Source: Escherichia coli (lineage in GTDB: Bacteria; Pseudomonadota; Gammaproteobacteria; Enterobacterales; Enterobacteriaceae). Taken from it: a DNA stretch of 64,000 bases. The stretch is from the NCBI RefSeq assembly GCF_030013205.1, contig NZ_CP122648.1, one strand, 5' to 3'. The position numbers and the translations under genes are program-made. Of this stretch, positions 10,988 through 18,404 are shown piece by piece (position 1 is the first letter of the stretch; every line of letters starts with the position of its first letter). Under the pieces are notes generated by a model, which saw only the letters and a program-made list of their open reading frames with translations, ran no database searches and had not been told where the DNA came from.

Positions 10988-11491
10988 TTACTGATAGTGT
11001 TTTATGTTCAGATAATGCCCGATGACCTTGTCATGCAGCTCCACCGATTTTGAGAACGACAGTGACTTCCGTCCCAGCCTTGCCAGATGTTGTCTCAGAT
11101 TCAGGTTATGCCGCTCAATGCGCTGAGTATAACGCTTGCTGATAACGTGCAGCTTTCCCTTCAGGCGTGATTCATACAGCGGCCAGCCATCCGTCATCCA
11201 TACCACGACCTCAAAGGCCGACAGCAGGCTCAGAAGACGCTCCAGTGTGGCCAGAGTGCGTTCACCGAAGACGTGCGCCACAACCGTCCTCCGCATCCTG
11301 TCATACGCGTAAAACAGCCAGCGCTGACGTGATTTAGCACCGACGTAGCCCCACTGTTCGTCCATTTCAGCGCAGACAATCACATCACTGCCCGGTTGTA
11401 TGCGCGAGGTTACCGACTGCGGCCTGAGTTTTTTAAGTGGCGGAAAATCGTGTTGAGGCCAACGCCAATAATGCGTGCACTGGCGCGACAT
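10988..11491 (-). CDS. insB: IS1 InsB
   Basis: 167-aa ORF inside IS1, overlapping insA in the -1 frame. Confidence 0.9.
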   Translation of the reverse strand: MSRQCTHYWRWPQHDFPPLKKLRPQSVTSRIQPGSDVIVCAEMDEQWGYVGAKSRQRWLFYAYDRMRRTVVAHVFGERTLATLERLLSLLSAFEVVVWMTDGWPLYESRLKGKLHVISKRYTQRIERHNLNLRQHLARLGRKSLSFSKSVELHDKVIGHYLNIKHYQ

Positions 11492-11685
11492 CCGACGCCA
11501 TTCATGGCCATATCAATGATTTTCTGGTGCGTACCGGGCTGAGAGGCGGCGTAAGTGAACTGTAGTTGCCATGTTTTACGGCAGTGAGAGCAGAGATAGC
11601 GCTGATGTCCGGCGGTGCTTTTGCCGTTACGCACCACCCCGTCAGTAGCTGAACAGGAGGGACAGCTGATAGAAACAGAAGCCAC
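11410..11685 (-). CDS. insA: IS1 InsA
   Basis: 91-aa ORF inside IS1. Confidence 0.9.
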   Translation of the reverse strand: MASVSISCPSCSATDGVVRNGKSTAGHQRYLCSHCRKTWQLQFTYAASQPGTHQKIIDMAMNGVGCRASARIIGVGLNTIFRHLKNSGRSR

Positions 11686-11833
11686 TGGAGCACCTCAAAA
11701 ACACCATCATACACTAAATCAGTAAGTTGGCAGCATCACCTACATTCCTGCATTGTTCTGTGAACACTGACTGCAATATCAACTGACTCTCCGGAAACAA
11801 GAAAAACCGTCAGAATAAGTGCAAATACTGGAT

Positions 11834-12127
11834 TCATTGTGCACATCCTTTTGGCATCAGACGTAAACGGGCCAGCATTGAAACAATGCATACTTTATTT
11901 AATAACTCCCGTTCGTGTTTTCTTTTGTTAATGGCCTCTTCAGTGAATACAGGATTACTGATAGTGACACCAATTTCAAAACAACCTTCAGACGTATTAA
12001 CGTTTGGTAATAACGTTTTCATTATCGCGCCCTCAACAATGAGTTTTGTGATGCGGTGCCTGGTGCCTCCAGGTGACGTTAACCAGTTAACAATTAACGC
12101 CGGATACAGAGAATCCACCCATAACAC
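11834..12127 (-). CDS. hypothetical early-left protein (start uncertain; an alternative ATG at 12022 gives 62 aa)
   Basis: ORF track; stop overlaps the start of the IS1-disrupted ORF; a GAGGG SD precedes the 12022 start. Confidence 0.35.
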   Translation of the reverse strand: MLWVDSLYPALIVNWLTSPGGTRHRITKLIVEGAIMKTLLPNVNTSEGCFEIGVTISNPVFTEEAINKRKHERELLNKVCIVSMLARLRLMPKGCAQ

Positions 12128-12582
12128 TGTTTTGGGTTTTAACTGTTCCGCGTGCGCTTAGCCGCATTCACCGCATCACAAAATTCACTTTAAAAATGGC
12201 GGCAGAGCAGTCACGGAGTAAAACTGATACCGCCAAACGTCACCAGAAAATTGATAACAGAGGGCGTTGCAGCGGGGTTGTCACTTAAGCGTATGGTCAA
12301 CCTGACAACCCGGTGTCCTCAACGGGGAAGGAATAACCTCGCCATACTTACCGCCGCGCCATTTCGCGGAGTGCCACAACCGGAAGCGCACGGTCGACGA
12401 AAATTTAACGACAGGCTATCTATGAACCAGCTACCTCGCCGTGCGCTTTCGCGTTATGGTCTGACTTTTCAGGGAAATATCCTTTCAGTAAACTGTCAGT
12501 GCCGGATGTTCACCCGTGTCCGGCGCACGCACTCCACCTCACCCGTGGAGAACTCCTTAATTACCAACCCTCAGGAGGGTGA

Positions 12583-12816
12583 ATGTTAAAATCAACTCTT
12601 ATTGCTAAATGCCTTTATCAAAATCGCATGGTAAGCAGCATTTCAATAGGCGAGTCTGCAGTTAAAAGTATTTTCGAAGAGTACTTCCCCGGGCATGATT
12701 TTAATAAATGGAATACCAAATTACCGCCAGCAGTTTCAACGCGTATTCTGAAATCAACTGAAAGAGCAAGTACAATTCGCGTTAACTATTTCATTAAAGA
12801 TTTGTGGGATCTTTGA
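12583..12816 (+). CDS. hypothetical 77-aa protein on the strand opposite to the early-left operon
   Basis: AGGAGG SD 4 nt before the ATG at 12583; AT-rich coding sequence in a GC-rich context. Confidence 0.4.
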   Translation: MLKSTLIAKCLYQNRMVSSISIGESAVKSIFEEYFPGHDFNKWNTKLPPAVSTRILKSTERASTIRVNYFIKDLWDL

Positions 12817-13201
12817 TATCCACAGAGCCTAAAGTATGTGCATATGGATGTGCTATTGTGCGCCCTCGCAGATTTGCATCATTTTCTAAATTCACTGAAC
12901 GAAACAGGGCATCAACAAGGCTCTGTACAATGCAAAGGCAATCGAAGACTGTCGCTGTTTCTGTTTTGATTGATGAAAGAACATGGCCATTCACGCAAAC
13001 AGAAATTACCCGTTCATTAACATCGCTTTCCTGCTTTTGATTATCAGAACCATATAGCCCAGAAAAAGCATTGCGCACATTACGAACCATATTATCGATG
13101 GTTTCTTTTTTGGTGTATGCCGGGTCAATTTTCACCAGACTATCACCGAGAGTCGTTGCAGCAATTGTCTGGATTTCTTTTGGTAAATCTTTAAATTCCA
13201 T
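12794..13201 (-). CDS. hypothetical early-left protein (135 aa)
   Basis: ORF track; lies in the leftward operon between repressor and exonuclease. Confidence 0.5.
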   Translation of the reverse strand: MEFKDLPKEIQTIAATTLGDSLVKIDPAYTKKETIDNMVRNVRNAFSGLYGSDNQKQESDVNERVISVCVNGHVLSSIKTETATVFDCLCIVQSLVDALFRSVNLENDANLRGRTIAHPYAHTLGSVDIKDPTNL

Positions 13202-13223
13202 TATTAGCCTCGTTGGTTAGCTA

Positions 13224-13442
13224 TTAACGTGGGTATGTAATCATTCTGGCAATGCTTAATGCCGCTGCTTTTTCCAGATTGGTGATATCCTGCTCCAGAG
13301 CGGACAGATTTTCAGCCTGCTTAGCCCTGGCTTCATTGGCCCATTTCAGATCCTGCACTGCATTAATTTTCTGGCGCATCCACTTATAAAGTTCATCATC
13401 GGTATAGTCTGGCGCGATGATGACGGGTTCTCGTTTCTGCAT
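13224..13442 (-). CDS. hypothetical early-left protein (72 aa)
   Basis: ORF track; same operon context. Confidence 0.45.
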   Translation of the reverse strand: MQKREPVIIAPDYTDDELYKWMRQKINAVQDLKWANEARAKQAENLSALEQDITNLEKAAALSIARMITYPR

Positions 13443-13471
13443 ACTGATTCCTCGCGGTGCTGTTTCGCTTA

Positions 13472-13600
13472 TCAGCCGTTAGATTTTGCCGAACTGGAAA
13501 GCGCCTGTTTAAACTCACTGAAGCTGAGAGCTTCTTCGCCTTCGGCAAGTCCTTCGAAGTATTCTTCGTAAGCCTTTTCCATGATTGTGTCGAAATCCAT
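13472..13600 (-). CDS. hypothetical small protein (42 aa, MDFDTIMEKAYEEYFEGLAEGEEALSFSEFKQALSSSAKSNG)
   Basis: Found by manual translation; AGGTGAG SD upstream of the ATG at 13600; fills the gap between neighbouring ORFs. Confidence 0.3.
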   Translation of the reverse strand: MDFDTIMEKAYEEYFEGLAEGEEALSFSEFKQALSSSAKSNG

Positions 13601-13601
13601 A

Positions 13602-13838
13602 TTACTCACCTGAGTTTCTTTCCAGCCAGCGACGCGCGCCAGATTCGGTTTTAAACGTTTTGCTTTTGGTATACGTCATCGCGGTGAACGTGCCGTCCTG
13701 GTTGGGAAACACGCCGTATACCAGAGATTCGTTGTTGCCAAGATCGATAGTATCCATGCTGACCTCATTTCCCCTTAACGCCGGGGTAGCGGAACAAAAA
13801 CCTGCTGCATAGTTATTAAAGTTGAACCCTGCCGTCAT
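13602..13838 (-). CDS. hypothetical early-left protein (78 aa), first gene after the left operator
   Basis: ORF track; GAGG SD upstream of the ATG at 13838. Confidence 0.4.
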   Translation of the reverse strand: MTAGFNFNNYAAGFCSATPALRGNEVSMDTIDLGNNESLVYGVFPNQDGTFTAMTYTKSKTFKTESGARRWLERNSGE

Positions 13839-13939
13839 GTTCTTACGCCTCGGGCTGGCTACTTAACCCCTGACCACTGCCTGGTAACTCGAAGTATTGC
13901 CCTGCATTCTGTGGGGCGGGGTGGGTTGGTATGAAAAGA

Positions 13940-13982
13940 AGGATACCCATAGGTATTTAAAAGTAAATACCCATGGGTAACT
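13940..13982 (-). promoter_or_regulatory. left operator/promoter region (two palindromic 14-mers)
   Basis: atacccataggtat (13943-13956) and the perfect palindrome tacccatgggta (13968-13979), downstream of the repressor gene and upstream of the leftward operon. Confidence 0.5.
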
Positions 13983-14021
13983 TTTTGCGGTGTCTTAACT
14001 GGTGACTAGTTGTTTGGTGAG

Positions 14022-14441
14022 CTATGATGCGTTTTGTGCTTTCTTTTTACGGATTTCTTCGTAGATCATATTGTAATACTGTTTTTTCTCTTCAAGAGTT
14101 TTTAATAAGTTATCCGCTTCACTTTCTGGCAGTTCGTCTAAGAGATCTAAAAAAATACGTTGTCGTGGCGTTAGAACCCTTGTTTCATAACTGGAGGCTG
14201 TGTTCGTTGATGATGAAACGATACCATCCATCCATCCCCGGGGTAACCCAAAGGACTCTTCGATAATCTCCACCATATCATCAGCGATCCGTTTTTTTCC
14301 CTTTTTCCCCTCTGGGTACAACATTCTTGATACATAAGAAGGCTCGCGCCCGATCTTTCTGGCCACGTTAACCGCTTTACCATCGCATTTCTCATCACGA
14401 ATTTTGATGAGTTGCTGTCGTCTAAATTCATATTTGTCCAT
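14022..14441 (-). CDS. prophage repressor (HTH, CI/RacR-like)
   Basis: 139-aa ORF with an N-terminal helix-turn-helix (KAVNVARKIGREPSYVSRML); flanked by operator palindromes and divergent from a cro-like gene. Confidence 0.6.
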   Translation of the reverse strand: MDKYEFRRQQLIKIRDEKCDGKAVNVARKIGREPSYVSRMLYPEGKKGKKRIADDMVEIIEESFGLPRGWMDGIVSSSTNTASSYETRVLTPRQRIFLDLLDELPESEADNLLKTLEEKKQYYNMIYEEIRKKKAQNAS

Positions 14442-14475
14442 AGGTAAATAATAGATGCGATTACCGCAAGGTAAA

Positions 14476-14516
14476 CAACCTGTGGGTATTGACTTTTGTT
14501 TACCTGTGGGTATTCT
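14476..14516 (+). promoter_or_regulatory. right operator/promoter region
   Basis: Two copies of acctgtgggtat (14478-14489, 14502-14513), the reverse complement of the left-operator half-site family; a TTGACT -35-like hexamer lies between them. Confidence 0.5.
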
Positions 14517-14541
14517 TTACTGTGTTTACTAAGGAGTAGCT

Positions 14542-14823
14542 ATGGAAGAATTAAGAATATTTCTCAATTCTCTTTCGTCAGATGAACAGCGTATGTTTGC
14601 ATGCGAGTGTGGTACCAGCATCGGTTATCTAAGAAAGGCATTGAGTAAAGGTCAAGTGTTAGGGGCATCGTTATGCGTCCTTATTGAGCGAGCCAGTAAT
14701 GGTGAAGTTACACGTCAGCAACTAAGGCCTTTTGATTGGATGAATATTTGGCCCGAGCTGGAAGATACCAAAACGTTAACACAACCACTTTCTAGGAGCT
14801 TGATTCATGAAAATCAAGCATGA
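14542..14823 (+). CDS. Cro/YdaS-family HTH protein
   Basis: 93-aa ORF divergent from the repressor; segment GTSIGYLRKALSKGQV...QQLRPFDW resembles YdaS/Cro-type regulators. Confidence 0.55.
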   Translation: MEELRIFLNSLSSDEQRMFACECGTSIGYLRKALSKGQVLGASLCVLIERASNGEVTRQQLRPFDWMNIWPELEDTKTLTQPLSRSLIHENQA

Positions 14824-15232
14824 ACACATCCGCATGGCGATGAATGCCTGGGCGCATCCGGACGGTGAAAAAGTTCCGGCAGCTGAAATAACCAGGGCTT
14901 ATTTTGAACTGGGTATGACGTTCCCAGAACTGTATGACGACAGCCATCCGGAAGCCCTGGCTCGCAATACCCAGAAAATTTTCCGCTGGGTAGAGAAAGA
15001 CACCCCTGATGCAGTTGAAAAAATTCAGGCGTTGTTACCAGCGATCGAAAAGGCAATGCCACCTTTGCTGGTGGCCAGAATGCGCAGCCACAGTTCAGCT
15101 TATTTTCGGGAGCTGGTGGAGACGCGGGAGCGACTGGTGAGAGACGCTGATGATTTTGTCGCAGTGGCAATCGCCGGTTTCAATCAGATGAACCGTGGTG
15201 GCCCGGCAGGAAATGCTGTGGCAGTACATTGA
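14807..15232 (+). CDS. YdaT-like protein
   Basis: 141-aa ORF overlapping the cro-like gene by 17 nt; position equivalent to ydaT/cII in Rac-type prophages. Confidence 0.45.
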   Translation: MKIKHEHIRMAMNAWAHPDGEKVPAAEITRAYFELGMTFPELYDDSHPEALARNTQKIFRWVEKDTPDAVEKIQALLPAIEKAMPPLLVARMRSHSSAYFRELVETRERLVRDADDFVAVAIAGFNQMNRGGPAGNAVAVH

Positions 15233-15297
15233 CTGACAATAGCCATATCGAATCGCTTCCGGCAACTCGTGAGTAAAAAGATTCGGTATCAGAAGAG

Positions 15298-16374
15298 GTG
15301 AGTATGGCTAACGCCTGGCTCAGATTATGGCATGACATGCCAAATGACCCTAAGTGGCGAACAATTGCCAGGGTGTCAGGGCAGCCAATTGCAACAGTGA
15401 TGGCAGTGTATATCCACCTCCTGGTGAGCGCGTCACGAAATGTCACGCGAGGTCACATTGATGTCACGACAGAAGATTTGGCAAGTGCGCTCGACGTGAC
15501 AGAAGAGGTAATTGATTCAATTTTGCAGACGATGCAGGGGCGGGTACTTGATGGTGATTTAATCACTGGATGGGAAAAACGCCAGGTGCTTAAAGAGGAC
15601 AACGGCAATATTTCGCAAACCGCAAAATCTCCTGCAGAGCGCAAGAGGGCGCAGCGAGAGAGGGAAAGAAAGCGGGAACAAAATGGCGATTGTCACGGCG
15701 CGTCACGAAATGTCACGCACATGTCACGACGAGTCACGACAGATAAAGATACAGATAAAGATACAGATCAAGAAGATCAAAACACTATGGTCCATGGCGT
15801 AAAAAACGCCACGAACCGGGCAGGGGATGTTCAGACCGTCAATCTTGGTCAGCCAGCAGGCACGACACCGGAAGCCGATTCAGCGTATGCGCTGAAAGCC
15901 GATTCGGGCGCTGTGCAGCAGGTGATGACCGCAAGGCTGGAGCAATCACACCAACTGCAGCAGCCCGAAGCCGATTCCGCCATTCAGCGGGAAGCCGATC
16001 GGGTAGTCCCGGAAAACACCGGGCAGTCTGTGGGACGAGTGGATTATCCGGATGTGTTCGAACAGGTCTGGCGGGAGTACCCGTTGCGTGCCGGAGCAAA
16101 CCCGAAGAAATCCGCTTTCAGTGCCTGGAAGGCCAGATTACGCGAGGGGGTGCCACCAGAGGCCATGCTGGATGGCGTGAGGCGTTACGCAAGATACTTG
16201 GCGGCTACCGGGAAAACGGGAACGGAATTTGTTCAGCGAGCGACGACGTTTTTTGGACCGGACCGGAATTTTGAGAACCCCTGGTTGCTCCCGGTAAGCG
16301 GCACGAACAACCAGCGTTGTGTGAATCATATTTCTGAACCGGATAACGAAATTCCGCCGGGCTTCAGGGGGTAA
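15298..16374 (+). CDS. phage replication initiation protein (O-like), origin embedded in the gene
   Basis: 358-aa ORF in the replication position; two clusters of 10-bp-phased GTCACG iterons lie inside the coding sequence. Confidence 0.5.
   Translation: MSMANAWLRLWHDMPNDPKWRTIARVSGQPIATVMAVYIHLLVSASRNVTRGHIDVTTEDLASALDVTEEVIDSILQTMQGRVLDGDLITGWEKRQVLKEDNGNISQTAKSPAERKRAQRERERKREQNGDCHGASRNVTHMSRRVTTDKDTDKDTDQEDQNTMVHGVKNATNRAGDVQTVNLGQPAGTTPEADSAYALKADSGAVQQVMTARLEQSHQLQQPEADSAIQREADRVVPENTGQSVGRVDYPDVFEQVWREYPLRAGANPKKSAFSAWKARLREGVPPEAMLDGVRRYARYLAATGKTGTEFVQRATTFFGPDRNFENPWLLPVSGTNNQRCVNHISEPDNEIPPGFRG
15431..15780 (+). repeat. iteron-like origin repeats followed by an A/T-rich repeat tract
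   Basis: GTCACG at 15432, 15442, 15463 (variant gtcaca at 15452) and at 15692, 15702, 15712, 15723, 15733; followed by agataaagatacagataaagatacagat. Confidence 0.5.
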
Positions 16375-16414
16375 GTGTTAATTTCTGGTCATGAGGTAAT
16401 TTTCAGGAGGGCTT

Positions 16415-16837
16415 GTGGCAAAAGTTTTTACACAAGAAGAGCGGGAAAAAATTAAAGGACAGGTTGTTGAACTCGTACGCCAGAGTGGGCGTGAGACGTT
16501 ACGGCAACTGGAAGTCAAGACAGGTGCGACAAGATATCTGATGAGCGTTCTCGCAAGAGAGCTGGTTGCCAGCGGCGATGTATACAACTCTGGTTACGGG
16601 TTATTCCCGTCTGAACAGGCGCGTAAGGACTGGCAAAATGCCCGTAAAAAGCTCTCAAGGGCAAAGCTGAAGAAACCATCTGCGGTTGATCCGGACCTTA
16701 TCTGGTCATTACCTGACGGAGAAATACGTCGCTACGACAGGCGTCAGAACATAATCTGTCGCGAGTGCCGGAAGAGTGAAGTTATGCAGCGCATATTGTC
16801 GTTTTATCAGGGTGATGTTCGGTATTTATTGAAGTGA
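16415..16837 (+). CDS. hypothetical protein (140 aa) in the replication module
   Basis: ORF track; follows the replication gene; possible HTH segment. Confidence 0.4.
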   Translation: MAKVFTQEEREKIKGQVVELVRQSGRETLRQLEVKTGATRYLMSVLARELVASGDVYNSGYGLFPSEQARKDWQNARKKLSRAKLKKPSAVDPDLIWSLPDGEIRRYDRRQNIICRECRKSEVMQRILSFYQGDVRYLLK

Positions 16838-16983
16838 CGAGATTAAAGTGCATTAGTTCAGATGCAAATTGACATTTTGTGGCACAGGGTAGAGCTAGCG
16901 TGGTTGTCCGCTTTGTGCCAACAGCGGACATTATAGATGGTATATGTAGAAAGTGAACATGCGTAGATTGTATGATTTAGCCG

Positions 16984-17793
16984 TCACTTAATTATTGGAT
17001 AACTCACACAAGTATGACCGTTGCTTATCGCATACATTTGGTTTCCCTTAAGATTTACAAATGGAAATGTCGTATACTCATAATTTATAGAGGTCATATT
17101 AAATGTAAGGAATTTATCTTCAAGTTCTAATTTTGTAGAGTGGGCAGGGTATGTTCCTTCATTTTTCATTGTGATAATAAAACCGATAGGAAAAAAATGT
17201 AAAGCACAAATAAATGCCACATGTCCTTCGTTCATAAATGCTACACTTTGAGCGGATATGTGCATTCTGTGTGGGTAAAACCAGTAGTAAATATCATGAG
17301 TTTCCTCAAAACTTGAATTTTTACCCAAAACATAATCCTTTAAAGGTGTATAGAAGGGGCTATCTACGGGTTCTTTTTTACAATCTTCAACTGAAGTTGC
17401 TGATAGCACGTGCCCAATCATAGCCTTAGTGAAAGATATGCTATCAAAAGGTATTCTAATGAATGGATATACATTCATACCATTCATATATCGACTTAAC
17501 TGTTCTTTAAAGGACTTTGTTACATTTTCAATTGCAACATCGAGCCCACCTAATACCTTATTGTTACAGTGGCTGCAAATGGTTCTGAAATAAGAGCCAT
17601 TTTTAGCATTTAATGGTTTAACTGGTTCCTGAATACCAAAAAATTCGCTAACTGTTTTCTGCAAAACAGGGCCTAAGGTTATGGCGCACTTTGGAGGAAC
17701 ATGATCTTTTGTGAGCAAGCCATATTTCCCACAAATATTGCAATAACCTTCAGTAATGCCATTGTGCTTCCATCGTTCACTAATTTTCGTCAT
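16984..17793 (-). CDS. HNH (His-Me finger) nuclease-domain protein with an uncharacterised C-terminal domain
   Basis: 269-aa ORF; CxxC (18/21), DH-x-P (30-33), CxxC-N (73-77); GAGGG SD; AT-rich and antisense to the flanking rightward genes. Confidence 0.6.
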   Translation of the reverse strand: MTKISERWKHNGITEGYCNICGKYGLLTKDHVPPKCAITLGPVLQKTVSEFFGIQEPVKPLNAKNGSYFRTICSHCNNKVLGGLDVAIENVTKSFKEQLSRYMNGMNVYPFIRIPFDSISFTKAMIGHVLSATSVEDCKKEPVDSPFYTPLKDYVLGKNSSFEETHDIYYWFYPHRMHISAQSVAFMNEGHVAFICALHFFPIGFIITMKNEGTYPAHSTKLELEDKFLTFNMTSINYEYTTFPFVNLKGNQMYAISNGHTCVSYPIIK

Positions 17794-18116
17794 TTTTATT
17801 CCCTCAGTAGCATAAGCTATCTATACGTTTTTTAATCCTATCAAAGATACAACTTAACGTCAGGAAAATGATAGTGTTTATCTAAGTAATACAATTAACT
17901 TCAACGCGTGACAGTCTGCTTTTCGCTAAAAGCGGACTAGAAGGTTAGCTTGCGTCGGACTTGGCGTATTTAAAGAAGTGCTGGTGGTGACTGGTTGTTG
18001 TGTTCCATTTCTACAGAACAAAATCACAGAAACTATACCCAATAGTTGTATTGAATCACTGACGAGACAGCCTCATATTTATCAGGACTGGTGTACGTCC
18101 AATACAGGAGGTTGTG

Positions 18117-18206
18117 GTGCTGGTTCTCAAATGTGCGCTGGCTATTGCTGCTGTAATGGCAATTTATTGCCTTGCTGTTGTTCTTATGGATCGCCTTTCT
18201 GATTGA
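18117..18206 (+). CDS. putative small hydrophobic peptide (29 aa, MLVLKCALAIAAVMAIYCLAVVLMDRLSD; GTG start)
   Basis: Perfect AGGAGG SD at 18106-18111, 5 nt before the GTG at 18117; single predicted transmembrane helix; followed by a long hairpin and an intrinsic terminator. Confidence 0.3.
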   Translation: MLVLKCALAIAAVMAIYCLAVVLMDRLSD

Positions 18207-18245
18207 TTTTATATTGGCGAGGTGACGTGAGTTAAGTAGAATTGC

Positions 18246-18332
18246 TGCGGGTGCTTGAGGCTATCTTCCTCTGATGTGTCAGGCATCCTCAACGCACCCG
18301 CACTTAACCCGCTTCGGCGGGTTTTGTTTTTT
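18246..18332 (+). terminator. long imperfect hairpin followed by an intrinsic terminator
   Basis: tgcgggtgcttgagg...cctcaacgcacccgca (18246-18302), then cccgcttcggcggg plus a T-run (18306-18332). Confidence 0.5.
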
Positions 18333-18404
18333 CCTGGCATTCTGGTTTACAATTCGCACGCCAGCCTGAACAACTGGCACCTGCTGCGCCAGCAGAGACA
18401 ACCG

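Larger units (their letters stand above)
10973..11740 (-). mobile_element. IS1, complete 768-bp copy with 8-bp target-site duplication
   Basis: Ends ggtaatgactccaactta... (10973) and ...ggcagcatcacc (11740); direct repeat tacattcc at 10965-10972 and 11741-11748. Confidence 0.95.
10873..11837 (-). pseudogene. small early-left ORF (62 codons before insertion) interrupted by IS1
   Basis: ATG at 11837 overlaps the stop of the upstream ORF (ATGA); the frame continues across the IS1 target duplication into the left flank, with the original stop at 10873-10875; now truncated after 33 codons. Confidence 0.4.

Noticed and set aside
10973-11740. IS1 as a possible boundary of the prophage
   Set aside because: Phage genes continue on both sides and the insertion has a clean 8-bp target duplication, so it is a secondary insertion within the prophage.
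12251-12589. 112-aa Arg-rich plus-strand ORF
   Set aside because: TTG start, no SD, and a composition typical of an out-of-frame GC-rich read; kept only as part of the structured-spacer finding.
17978-18202. Cys-rich 74-aa track ORF (…GGCGAGSQMCAGYCCCNGNLLPCCCSYGSPF) that looks like a bacteriocin or microcin
   Set aside because: It has a GTG start with no SD; the only strong SD in the region is in its interior and is correctly spaced for the alternative-frame 29-codon hydrophobic ORF, so the Cys-rich frame is more likely a by-product of codon composition.
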